Positions 10,037-18,682 are shown, counted from the stretch's first letter. The stretch is 64,000 bases of DNA from a virus (IMGVR_UViG_3300025137_005045), one strand, 5' to 3'. Notes: generated from the sequence alone by a model not told the origin. A program made the numbers and translations.

Positions 10037-10318
10037 TTGATGAAAACATTCAAATACTATTTCAACAAAACTATCATCACACTTTGTATTCTCTTCTTTT
10101 TCGTAATATGGTATCAAGTACTTTCTAAAATAATATGTAATTCATTTTGTGAAGTTGAGCAAGAAGTGCAAGGAGTTGTTATAGCATATGAGGATATGAC
10201 TCCTGAACAACGTCGAGCAGAATTTGAAAAACTAAAAGCACAAAGGACAGCAGAAAATGAAAAAAATAGTAGTATTACTAACACTACTGGCAGTGTCAAC
10301 ATTAGCTCTAGCAGATAA
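10037..10318 (+). CDS. Hypothetical membrane-anchored protein
   Basis: ORF with N-terminal TM helix. Confidence 0.55.
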   Translation: MMKTFKYYFNKTIITLCILFFFVIWYQVLSKIICNSFCEVEQEVQGVVIAYEDMTPEQRRAEFEKLKAQRTAENEKNSSITNTTGSVNISSSR

Positions 10319-10820
10319 ACCAGGATACTATTCAGCTATTAAGTTTAGTATAGAAGAAAGTAATACTGGAGGAAGTGACAGTACTAAATGGGCAGTCAAA
10401 TATGGTAAGCACATTAACAAACATCTTGATGCTGAATTATATACAAGAACAAAAGACAAAGACTCTGGTAGTAATGATACAAGAGTAGAAGCCGCAGTGA
10501 TTGGCAAGTACAAACTAACAGATGATTGGTCAACTAGTCTTAGAGTTGGTGCTGGTAACAAATATACACGAACTGATGACTTTGGTTATTGGACAGTTAC
10601 ACCAGCAGTAAAATATAAAATTACTGACAAGCTAAGTGCTAAACTTGGATATAGATTTCGTGACGCATTTGAAACAGAAAGACAACAGAATGACCAAACA
10701 ATTAAGTTAGGCATTGGCTACAAGTTAACCAGTGATGTATCTCTAGGTGCTGGCTATGACTGGAAACGTGGTGACAGTGATGCTGACGGTTTTGGAGTTG
10801 GTTTTAAATTCGAATTTTAA
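10257..10820 (+). CDS. Small outer-membrane beta-barrel/porin-like protein
   Basis: Signal peptide; alternating amphipathic strands; C-terminal GFKFEF. Confidence 0.75.
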   Translation: MKKIVVLLTLLAVSTLALADKPGYYSAIKFSIEESNTGGSDSTKWAVKYGKHINKHLDAELYTRTKDKDSGSNDTRVEAAVIGKYKLTDDWSTSLRVGAGNKYTRTDDFGYWTVTPAVKYKITDKLSAKLGYRFRDAFETERQQNDQTIKLGIGYKLTSDVSLGAGYDWKRGDSDADGFGVGFKFEF

Positions 10821-10863
10821 TAATATTGTATAATGGTAGGTGTTGAGTACTAAATAATATTAC

Positions 10864-10910
10864 AACGTTCATCCCACTGGGACGGAAGTAGGCATAAGCT
10901 GAAGGAACGC
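10864..10910 (+). ncRNA. Glutamine riboswitch (glnA motif)
   Basis: P1 CGTTC/GAACG, P2 TCCC/GGGA, CGGAAGTAG, P3 GGC/GCT, TGAAG: matches the glnA three-way-junction consensus. Confidence 0.85.
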
Positions 10911-10934
10911 TTCTTGTTAAAAGGAGGTAGCTTT

Positions 10935-11129
10935 ATGTATGCTAAAGAAAATAATACATCCACCATATTAAAAATTGCAACATTGTTAGATCTTGAAGTA
11001 AAAGAAGTAACTAAATTTCTTGAACTAATGCTAGACGGATACAACTTCACAGATGCCCTTAACGGTTGTCATTTGACCAGAGAGGACTGTGAACTAGTAT
11101 TAGCAGAACTTAAGAAAAGAAAAAAATAA
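10935..11129 (+). CDS. Small hypothetical protein (64 aa) downstream of the glutamine riboswitch
   Basis: SD AAGGAGG at 10921-10927 before ATG 10935. Confidence 0.75.
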   Translation: MYAKENNTSTILKIATLLDLEVKEVTKFLELMLDGYNFTDALNGCHLTREDCELVLAELKKRKK

Positions 11130-11144
11130 TATGGTACAACTTAG

Positions 11145-11170
11145 AAAAGCACTTTTAGGAGTGCTTTTTT
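11145..11170 (+). terminator. Rho-independent terminator
   Basis: AAAAGCACT-N6-AGTGCTTTT plus T run. Confidence 0.85.
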
Positions 11171-11242
11171 ATTGTCTATAATAAATACCTTTAAGCACAA
11201 GACCAAAAGTCTTATTTTACTAATTTTTCAAAAAGGTAATAT

Positions 11243-11353
11243 ATGGCCAATAAGAATTGCTACTGGAGACCAGAGACAGATGATGATATGGAATGGTTAA
11301 ACAGCCTGGCGAAACCCATAAAACCCATAAAACCCACTGATCAAAAGAAGTAG
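11243..11353 (+). CDS. Small peptide (36 aa), not in ORF track
   Basis: ATAAATA at 11181, SD AAGG; MANKNCYWRPETDDDMEWLNSLAKPIKPIKPTDQKK. Confidence 0.5.
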   Translation: MANKNCYWRPETDDDMEWLNSLAKPIKPIKPTDQKK

Positions 11354-11386
11354 ACATATCTAACTATAGACTATATAATATAACTT

Positions 11387-12145
11387 ATGATAGTCATAAC
11401 AGGTTACGGTTACGTAGGAAAAGCCATCGAATCGGCACTAATTCCACACGTTGATATAGCTATTGTTGATCCAATGATCAACGATAAACGTGTGTCTGAC
11501 TTTGATGCTGAAGCAGTAATCGTAGCTGTATCAACACCCAACACACTAGACGGTAGTTGTAACATGCAAAACGTATTTGATGTATTGGCAGATGTACCCG
11601 AAGATGTTCCTGTACTAATTAAATCAACTATATCAATAGAAGGATGGAACGAACTGACTGATAAGTATCCTGATCATAAGATTACATTTAGTCCAGAGTT
11701 TCTAAGAGCTAACACTGCAATCGAAGACTTTCACAATCAGGACTATGTATTTTTAAGTGGTGATAATCATAAGTATTGGGAAAAACTATTCTTAGATACT
11801 ATTAAGAAACCAAGTCAGATTTATTCAGCTGAAGAACTTATATTAGCTAAACTATTTCGGAACAGTTTTCTAGCAACCAAAGTTACATTCTTTAATCAGG
11901 TCAATGACTTATGTCAACGATTAGAGTTAGACTACGAGAAAGTCAGAAAGATTATCACAGATGATCAGCGTATAGGTACTGGCCATTCACAAGTTACAGA
12001 AGAACGTGGATATGGTGGACACTGCTTACCTAAGGATACAGAAGCACTATTAAAAAGTGCATTGCAACATGGATGTAGTATGAGCTTAATTCAAGAAGCA
12101 ATTCGATATAATAAACATATTAAGAAAAAAACTAATAAATATTGA
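11387..12145 (+). CDS. ugd: Short UDP-glucose/GDP-mannose dehydrogenase-family protein
   Basis: GYGYVG, FSPEFLR, KLFRNSFLATKV.F.N, GYGGHCLPKD. Confidence 0.85.
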   Translation: MIVITGYGYVGKAIESALIPHVDIAIVDPMINDKRVSDFDAEAVIVAVSTPNTLDGSCNMQNVFDVLADVPEDVPVLIKSTISIEGWNELTDKYPDHKITFSPEFLRANTAIEDFHNQDYVFLSGDNHKYWEKLFLDTIKKPSQIYSAEELILAKLFRNSFLATKVTFFNQVNDLCQRLELDYEKVRKIITDDQRIGTGHSQVTEERGYGGHCLPKDTEALLKSALQHGCSMSLIQEAIRYNKHIKKKTNKY

Positions 12146-12911
12146 TATGCTTACAACAATACTTTTTTTCGCTCTTTGTTATCACATACTATGGGCAACG
12201 TTCTCTATAGGTGTTCATCGACAACACATGCACACATATTGGAAATTAAATCCTGTGTTAGATCATTTATTTAGATTTATATTATGGCTAACTTGGGGAG
12301 CATTGAATTTTAAAAATGCAATACCAAATTTAGTAGCTCAGCATCGAAAACATCATGCACAAAGTGATCAATGGAACGATATTGATAATTATGATCCTGT
12401 AAGTCCTCATGTGTTTAGTTTAAGAAAGCTGTTAGATTTTTCAAAAATTCGTCCAGGAACACAATACTGGATAAATCCAAAAGATATATCAATTTGGGGT
12501 AAAGGTGCAACATCCTATGATGATTGGATAGAAAACAACATATATGTAAAATATCCTACATCAGGATTAACCATATTATGGATAATTGCTACTTTTTTAT
12601 TTGGATGGCCTGGTTTTATAATAGGTGGTTTATATAAATTTTCAATCAAAAAGGTAGTAGCATTCCATGCGGCATGTTTGCACGTAGTTGGATATAGAAC
12701 TCAAAAAGCTAAACTGTCTTCTGATAGATCGTTGAATACATTTCCGTTATCATTAGTAACTGCTGGAGAAGGATTGCATGGTAATCATCATGATAATTGT
12801 CGTCCAAGTAATTTTTCATTTCACTGGTGGGAATTAGATTTGGGTTATTGGTATGCTGTTGGTTTATCTAAGCTAAAACTTTTAAAATTTATCTAAAGAT
12901 ACAGAAGCACT
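12030..12911 (+). repeat. 19-bp direct repeat (18/19 identical) bracketing the ugd 3' end and a desaturase
   Basis: CTAAGGATACAGAAGCACT 12030-12048 vs CTAAAGATACAGAAGCACT 12893-12911. Confidence 0.8.
12147..12896 (+). CDS. Second membrane fatty-acid desaturase
   Basis: His boxes HRQHMH, HRKHH, GEGLHGNHH. Confidence 0.85.
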   Translation: MLTTILFFALCYHILWATFSIGVHRQHMHTYWKLNPVLDHLFRFILWLTWGALNFKNAIPNLVAQHRKHHAQSDQWNDIDNYDPVSPHVFSLRKLLDFSKIRPGTQYWINPKDISIWGKGATSYDDWIENNIYVKYPTSGLTILWIIATFLFGWPGFIIGGLYKFSIKKVVAFHAACLHVVGYRTQKAKLSSDRSLNTFPLSLVTAGEGLHGNHHDNCRPSNFSFHWWELDLGYWYAVGLSKLKLLKFI

Positions 12912-13051
12912 GTACAGTAATAGGTAAATCTTATTATCCCCATTTAAACATTCAACAAGCAAAACCTGTTAAAAATCAAATTACTATAGTATAATTAAAT
13001 AAGTACAATACTATGAGAAAGGAATTAATTATGGAAAGAGAAGAATAAATT

Positions 13052-14272
13052 ATGGATACTTTTTTTCTTGGCATTACACTTTTTACTTTGATTGTGTTGT
13101 CACTTGTAACGATAATTATTTTTGCTCGAAGTCAACTTGTCCAATCAGGTGAAGTTAATATTACTATCAATGGCGAAAAAAATATAAAAGTGCCTGCTGG
13201 TGGAAAGTTACTACAGGCCTTAGCTGGAGAAAAATTATTTGTTCCATCAGCTTGTGGAGGTGGTGGTACTTGTGCTCAGTGTAAGGTTAAAGTTCATTCA
13301 GGAGGAGGATCCATTCTCCCAACTGAAGAAGGACATATCAGTAAACGAGATGCGTCTTGTGGAGATAGGCTGTCATGTCAGGTAGCAGTAAAGCAGGACA
13401 TGGAAATTGAAGTACCTGAGGAAGTTTTTGGAGTCAGAAAGTGGGAATGTAAAGTATTAAGTAATGATAATGTTGCTACATTTATTAAAGAATTAATTAT
13501 AGAGCTCCCCAAAGGTGAAGATGTAAATTTTAAAGCAGGTGGATATATTCAAATTGAAGCACCTAGCTATAAACTTTCATATAAGGACTTTGATATTGGG
13601 AAGGAATATCACGAGGATTGGGATAGATTTAAGATATGGGATGTTACCTCTGAGGTAAATGAACCAATTGAAAGAGCATACTCTATGGCAAATTATCCTG
13701 AAGAAAAGGGTATAGTAATGCTAAATGTTCGAATTGCAACTCCACCTCCAGGTTCATCTGGAATTCCAGCTGGAAAAATGTCTTCTTATATTTTTAATTT
13801 GAAAAAGGGTGATGCAGTTACTATATCAGGACCCTTTGGTGAGTTCTTTGCACGTGAAACCAAAAAAGAAATGATTTTTATTGGTGGAGGTGCTGGTATG
13901 GCACCAATGAGAAGTCTTATTTTTGATCAGTTTAGGAGAATAAAATCTGACCGAAAAGCATCATTCTGGTATGGAGCGAGATCGAAAAAAGAAATGTTTT
14001 ATGTCGATGATTTTGATCAGATTCAAAAAGATAATGAAAACTTTTCTTGGCATGTTGCTTTGTCCGATTCACTTCCGGAAGATAAATGGAAAGGGCATAA
14101 GGGATATATTCATAATATACTTTTTGAACAGTATTTAAAAGATCATCCAGCTCCAGAGGATTGTGAGTACTACCTATGTGGGCCACCTATAATGAATCAA
14201 TCAGTGGTTAATATGTTAATAGATCTGGGAGTCGATCGTGAAGATATTTTACTTGATGATTTTGGTGGGTAG
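13052..14272 (+). CDS. nqrF: Na+-translocating NADH:quinone oxidoreductase subunit F
   Basis: N-terminal TM anchor; [12 protein letters not shown] 2Fe-2S motif; RAYSMAN; [11 protein letters not shown]; YLCGPP; C-terminal LDDFGG. Confidence 0.97.
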   Translation: MDTFFLGITLFTLIVLSLVTIIIFARSQLVQSGEVNITINGEKNIKVPAGGKLLQALAGEKLFVPSACGGGGTCAQCKVKVHSGGGSILPTEEGHISKRDASCGDRLSCQVAVKQDMEIEVPEEVFGVRKWECKVLSNDNVATFIKELIIELPKGEDVNFKAGGYIQIEAPSYKLSYKDFDIGKEYHEDWDRFKIWDVTSEVNEPIERAYSMANYPEEKGIVMLNVRIATPPPGSSGIPAGKMSSYIFNLKKGDAVTISGPFGEFFARETKKEMIFIGGGAGMAPMRSLIFDQFRRIKSDRKASFWYGARSKKEMFYVDDFDQIQKDNENFSWHVALSDSLPEDKWKGHKGYIHNILFEQYLKDHPAPEDCEYYLCGPPIMNQSVVNMLIDLGVDREDILLDDFGG

Positions 14273-14295
14273 TTGAATATAAGGAAAAATTTAAA

Positions 14296-14550
14296 ATGAA
14301 TACAAAAGTATTAAGATTTACAGCCTCATGGTGCGAGCCATGTAAGGCATTAGCAAAAACAATTGAAGACGCTGATATTGAATTACCAATTGAAGTTATT
14401 GATATAGACAAAGAAGCCTCTAGAGCTATGAAATTTCAAATACGCTCTGTACCTACAATAGTTATTGTTGATGAGAACGGTGAGGAACTTCGACGACAAA
14501 TCGGAATGATGACATTGTCACAGTTTGAGCATTTTGTTAAAAATGTTTAG
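14296..14550 (+). CDS. Thioredoxin
   Basis: WCEPC active site; IRSVPT. Confidence 0.9.
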   Translation: MNTKVLRFTASWCEPCKALAKTIEDADIELPIEVIDIDKEASRAMKFQIRSVPTIVIVDENGEELRRQIGMMTLSQFEHFVKNV

Positions 14551-14555
14551 TTGCT

Positions 14556-14574
14556 AATCATGATAATCATTATG
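14556..14574 (+). promoter_or_regulatory. Fur-box-like site upstream of pqqA
   Basis: AATCATGATAATCATTATG matches 16/19 of GATAATGATAATCATTATC. Confidence 0.5.
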
Positions 14575-14603
14575 TTTTTTAATTAATTATATGTTATTAT
14601 TAT

Positions 14604-14698
14604 AATAAGTAATAGCAGTAGCAACTGTTGTTACTTGAAGCAGATCTCAAATTGGACTTGTGGTAACACTCTCCAATGATTTGGTTAGCCGACTTATT
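14604..14698 (+). promoter_or_regulatory. Structured 5' leader of pqqA (candidate cis-regulatory RNA)
   Basis: Stems AGTAGCAA/TTGTTACT, CAAAT-TGGA/TCCAA-ATTTG with inner GTG-GTAA-CAC, outer AATAAGT/ACTTATT. Confidence 0.4.
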
Positions 14699-14726
14699 AA
14701 AAAACTTTTTATAAAGGACTATTATT

Positions 14727-14798
14727 ATGTGGACTAAACCTCAAGCAACAGAAATGCGTTTTGGTTTTGAAGTAACTATGTACGTAATGAACAAGTAA
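14727..14798 (+). CDS. pqqA: PQQ precursor peptide PqqA (23 aa), not in ORF track
   Basis: MWTKPQATEMRFGFEVTMYVMNK with the E-x-x-x-Y core; SD AAAGGA; own terminator. Confidence 0.95.
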   Translation: MWTKPQATEMRFGFEVTMYVMNK

Positions 14799-14852
14799 TT
14801 GTTTGTTAGTATATAAAACTTTAAACTAGCATTACACTGTTTAAAAATTTAG

Positions 14853-14878
14853 AAAGCACTCATTTATGGGTGCTTTTT
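14853..14878 (+). terminator. Rho-independent terminator after pqqA
   Basis: AAAGCACTC-N6-GGGTGCTTT plus T run. Confidence 0.85.
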
Positions 14879-14988
14879 ATTTGACCAACAAATATACATT
14901 ATATTATAATATGAGCAAGTATTCTATAAATACTTTTACTAGTTCACAAGACTAGTAATTTTTAAAAATCCCAAAAGGAGAAGAAAAA

Positions 14989-15141
14989 ATGTCAGTAGAA
15001 ACAAAAATAGACTGGAATGAAGAAGATAAAGAAGCAAAAGAAGATAAAGAAATGACAGCTAAAAAACAGAGTGAAGAATTTTCTAAATCTAAATCAGAAG
15101 AAATGGCAAGAAGAGTTGTCGCTTTTAGTGACTGCGGTTAA
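14989..15141 (+). CDS. Small acidic peptide (50 aa), not in ORF track
   Basis: TATAAATA at 14925, SD AAGGAG; ends VAFSDCG. Confidence 0.6.
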   Translation: MSVETKIDWNEEDKEAKEDKEMTAKKQSEEFSKSKSEEMARRVVAFSDCG

Positions 15142-15162
15142 TATTAACAACTAGATAAAATT

Positions 15163-17214
15163 ATGCCTACAAAATTACTGACCAAGGTGTTAGTTTCACC
15201 CTGGACAGCTCTTATTACTCTCACGATCATATTGTACATAGGCGTTCAACAACCTCAATTCATTGAAAGTGTTAAGTTAAGATACTTTGATACCTTAATC
15301 ACAAGCCAACCAGAACAACAAACAACTATATCAACAGTTAACATTGACGAATCCGCATTAGAAAAATATGGACAATGGCCTTTTAGTCGTGATATCTACG
15401 CAGACATAATTAAGGACTTGTATGAACGTGGTGCTGGACTAGTGGTATTCAATGTGCTTATGCCTGAACAGGATAGACTGGGCAAAGATTCAGTGCTAGC
15501 TAAAACAATGGAAGAATATCCAGTTGTACTTCCGAACTATGGTAGTGATAAAACAAAGAATATGCCACGTAATCCCGGTGCTGTTTCGATAGGTGACCCT
15601 GAAGGCAAAGTAGTGGAGTATGATGGCATTGTGGCAAGTATACCTGAACTAGAAAATCTAGCTTACGGTACAGGTATCGTAACAACATTCCCTGAAGTAG
15701 ATGGCGTTACTCGTAGATTGCCAATGGTCATTAAGAGTGGAGACACACTATATCCAAGTATGGGTTTAGAAGTTCTACGTATACTAGCAGGTGATCCTAG
15801 TTTCCAGATTAAATTCTCAGACATAGGTATTGATAAGTTACGTGTACCACAGTTTGGTATTTTATCAACAGACCCTATTGGGCGTGTATGGATTGATTAT
15901 CAGCAACGAGCTCAAGCATACAGTTTAACTGAACTTCCAAATACATTTGACAGTGGAATAGTTATTGTGGGTACGAGTGCTCCGGGTATTAGTAATCCAA
16001 TATCAACCAGTCGTGGCGAAGTATGGCCGCAAGATATGCAGGCCTCAGTGATAGCTACACTAGCAAGTGGTATCAATATCCAACGTCCAGACTGGGCATC
16101 GGGTAGCGAACTACTTGCTCTGGTAGTTTTAAGTATTATATTACTGTTTTTAACACGTTGGGTATATGTGGGCTTAGGAGTAGGAATAGTAGCACTAGCG
16201 GCGATTGTGCCGGTCACACAGTACCTTTATGCAACATATTTGTTCTTGTTTGATGCTACATTAATGTTAGGTGGATTAACAATTATACTGCTACATGCTT
16301 ACGGTGTTAAGTTTGTTTCAGAGTTCTTACAGAAGCAGGCAATCAAGAAACAGTTTGCTGGTTATGCGTCGCCGACGGTGGTTAAACTGCTACAAGAAAA
16401 TCCAGCATTAATTAAAGATGGTATGAAGCGGGAGATTTCAATTTGCTTTTCAGACTTACGTGGATTTACACCCTTAGGTGAAAGTTTTGGTGATGACGTA
16501 AAAGGGCTTACACAAATTATGAATAGCTATATGGATGCCATTACACAACCTATTCTGGATAGTAACGGTATGGTTATCAAGTATATTGGTGATGCTAGTA
16601 TGCACGTACATAATGCTCCCAAAGATGATCCTAATCATGCTAAAAGTGCTGTTCAAACAGGACTTAACATGATTGAAGCTGTTAGAAAGTTCAATGATAA
16701 AATTGTAGCCAAAGGCCGTCCACCGATAGGTATGGGTGCTGGCATCAACACCGGACTTGGATATCTAGGAGAAATGGGCTCAACAGCAAGACATAGTTAT
16801 GATGTACTAGGTGATGCTGTATCAACAGCGGCACGTATTGAAAGCAAGTGTAAAGAATACGGATGTTTATTATTGGTAGGTGAAGCCACTTACGATAAAA
16901 CCAAGGATGACTTCTTTTATCTGCAGGTAGACGAACTAGCAGTCAAAGGTAAAACAGTCGGCATTAGAATATACACAGTTTTAGATACTCCATTCAATGC
17001 GTATTACAATAGTCGAAAAAAACATCAAGAAATGTATGCATCATATCAAGCACAAGAGTTTGATAAAGCAATTAAAATGTGTCAAAATTTAAAGTCACAC
17101 TTTGAAGGACAAATGACTAGCTATTACGACATGTGGATTGAACGTTGCGAGTATATGCTAACACAAGATTTGCCTAAAGATTGGAACGGAGTCTTTATAG
17201 CAACTACCAAATAA
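15163..17214 (+). CDS. CHASE2-domain class III adenylate/guanylate cyclase
   Basis: NIDESALEKYGQWPFSR (CHASE2); TM block; FSDLRGFT, KYIGDA, GAGINTG, YDVLGDAVSTAARIES. Confidence 0.95.
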   Translation: MPTKLLTKVLVSPWTALITLTIILYIGVQQPQFIESVKLRYFDTLITSQPEQQTTISTVNIDESALEKYGQWPFSRDIYADIIKDLYERGAGLVVFNVLMPEQDRLGKDSVLAKTMEEYPVVLPNYGSDKTKNMPRNPGAVSIGDPEGKVVEYDGIVASIPELENLAYGTGIVTTFPEVDGVTRRLPMVIKSGDTLYPSMGLEVLRILAGDPSFQIKFSDIGIDKLRVPQFGILSTDPIGRVWIDYQQRAQAYSLTELPNTFDSGIVIVGTSAPGISNPISTSRGEVWPQDMQASVIATLASGINIQRPDWASGSELLALVVLSIILLFLTRWVYVGLGVGIVALAAIVPVTQYLYATYLFLFDATLMLGGLTIILLHAYGVKFVSEFLQKQAIKKQFAGYASPTVVKLLQENPALIKDGMKREISICFSDLRGFTPLGESFGDDVKGLTQIMNSYMDAITQPILDSNGMVIKYIGDASMHVHNAPKDDPNHAKSAVQTGLNMIEAVRKFNDKIVAKGRPPIGMGAGINTGLGYLGEMGSTARHSYDVLGDAVSTAARIESKCKEYGCLLLVGEATYDKTKDDFFYLQVDELAVKGKTVGIRIYTVLDTPFNAYYNSRKKHQEMYASYQAQEFDKAIKMCQNLKSHFEGQMTSYYDMWIERCEYMLTQDLPKDWNGVFIATTK

Positions 17215-17295
17215 AATAGTTACATTTATGTAACATATTGTTTTATATAAATAATAATAGTGGACAACTATACTAATGCCCACAAGGAGCATTAA

Positions 17296-17646
17296 ATGTT
17301 TAAGTCACTATTATTAATAATATTATTACTATTCACTGTCTCAGCAATTGCTGACAGTTCTAAAGTCTGTGTTCGAAATCAAGCCGGAGGCTTAATCGTA
17401 TTGACACAAGAAGCATGTCAAATTCCAATTGTCTCAAATAGTTTCCCATTTTACGGTTATGCTACTGAAGCTAACGGAACATTTCACGAAGGATGTTTTA
17501 ATATTCCTAAAATCGACGATGCTCAACAATCACCAGGTGTAAGAATTGTTCCTGTTGTAAACTTCATTGATGGAAATGACGGGGAAATAATTACATTTGA
17601 AGCTGAAGTGTTTAGGGCGGAATCTTGCCCAGTTTCATCTATTTAA
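17296..17646 (+). CDS. Hypothetical secreted protein
   Basis: Signal peptide; four Cys; late-type promoter upstream. Confidence 0.7.
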   Translation: MFKSLLLIILLLFTVSAIADSSKVCVRNQAGGLIVLTQEACQIPIVSNSFPFYGYATEANGTFHEGCFNIPKIDDAQQSPGVRIVPVVNFIDGNDGEIITFEAEVFRAESCPVSSI

Positions 17647-17694
17647 TGATCACAAGAAATTTAAAGTCAATGATTCCAAACAGTAAATATCATT

Positions 17695-17871
17695 ATGAAT
17701 AAAAAATATCAAGAATGGTCAAGAAATAATACTATAGGTTGGGTATCTAAAGAACCAATTACAGGAAAATTTGCTAGTGATCCTTGGGAAGGACAGTTCG
17801 GCTATAACAATGTTGGAGAATATGTTCAATACCGAAATGGTATCTGGACTAAAGTAAAAACATACAATTAG
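17695..17871 (+). CDS. Small hypothetical protein (58 aa), not in ORF track
   Basis: Clean ORF MNKKYQEWSR...KVKTYN filling the gap. Confidence 0.5.
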   Translation: MNKKYQEWSRNNTIGWVSKEPITGKFASDPWEGQFGYNNVGEYVQYRNGIWTKVKTYN

Positions 17872-18125
17872 CGTGTTTTTGTAGAAGCAATACTGTCTAT
17901 ATGTTTTTGTACATGATCAACAAGAGCATTAAGCTCATCAATTAAGCCCTGATCCATATAAGATCTGACTATCTGAGCTAACATTAATCCATTAAACTCA
18001 CTTAGTGAAATTTCATGATTGTCAATGAAGTCCATGGTTATCTCAGTAAGATCCTCTGCCATTTCTTCAACTTCGATCTGACTTAAATCGTCAAAGGATG
18101 GTTCTATATCGTCATCGTTTATCAT
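17868..18125 (-). CDS. Hypothetical acidic protein
   Basis: ORF track; coupled to the upstream gene. Confidence 0.6.
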   Translation of the reverse strand: MINDDDIEPSFDDLSQIEVEEMAEDLTEITMDFIDNHEISLSEFNGLMLAQIVRSYMDQGLIDELNALVDHVQKHIDSIASTKTR

Positions 18126-18439
18126 TAGTCTTCCTTTTTCTTTTCTTTTTTAATACTATCTTGTTTAATTGCTTCGTCGATAATTTCTTGTTTGTTTTCT
18201 TCTGATATTTCTTTACCACGAAGTTGAAGAACTGTATTTAATTTTTGGTTCAGCCTAATTAGATCATTATCTAACATACGAATACGATCAATTAATGCAA
18301 TTAAAGTTTTTTGTGCGTCACTTAGAATAGGTTTAACTTCTCGAGTAGCCCATATCCAAATATAATAGACAAAGTAACCTAAACCACATGCGGCCACTAT
18401 TGGGAATCCGTACTTTGAAATTAAATCTGCTATATCCAT
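18125..18439 (-). CDS. Small membrane protein (TM plus coiled coil)
   Basis: GFPIVAACGLGYFV; paralogue of 19182..19463. Confidence 0.7.
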   Translation of the reverse strand: MDIADLISKYGFPIVAACGLGYFVYYIWIWATREVKPILSDAQKTLIALIDRIRMLDNDLIRLNQKLNTVLQLRGKEISEENKQEIIDEAIKQDSIKKEKKKED

Positions 18440-18568
18440 GCTAATACTTATTCAGAGTTTTTGGGTGTGATTATTATTTCAGCATTACCCAATTGACATA
18501 CCATTCTAAACTTATTGCCCACAGTTGTATCGTAACAATGCTAACAACTATTAGTATAAGAAATTTTT

Positions 18569-18682
18569 TCATTCGTCTTCAAATTTTTCTTCTTCAAAAG
18601 GTTTTACAAAGAATACAACAAAAATTATAAACAATAGGGTAACAATAGGAGCGGCAAATAATACCCATAACTCCCAAGACAT
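18569..18682 (-). CDS. Single-TM peptide (37 aa)
   Basis: MSWELWVLFAAPIVTLLFIIFVVFF; start abuts the DUF1353 stop. Confidence 0.55.
   Translation of the reverse strand: MSWELWVLFAAPIVTLLFIIFVVFFVKPFEEEKFEDE

Noticed and set aside
13031-13048. Mini-ORF MEREE before nqrF as a leader peptide
   Set aside because: No attenuator structure; may just be an insertion remnant or a coupling device
18448-18572. Frameshifted lipoprotein (MKKFLILIVVS joined to CYDTTVGNK...)
   Set aside because: The unshifted 32-aa ORF 18474..18572 is equally plausible; needs reads or homologues
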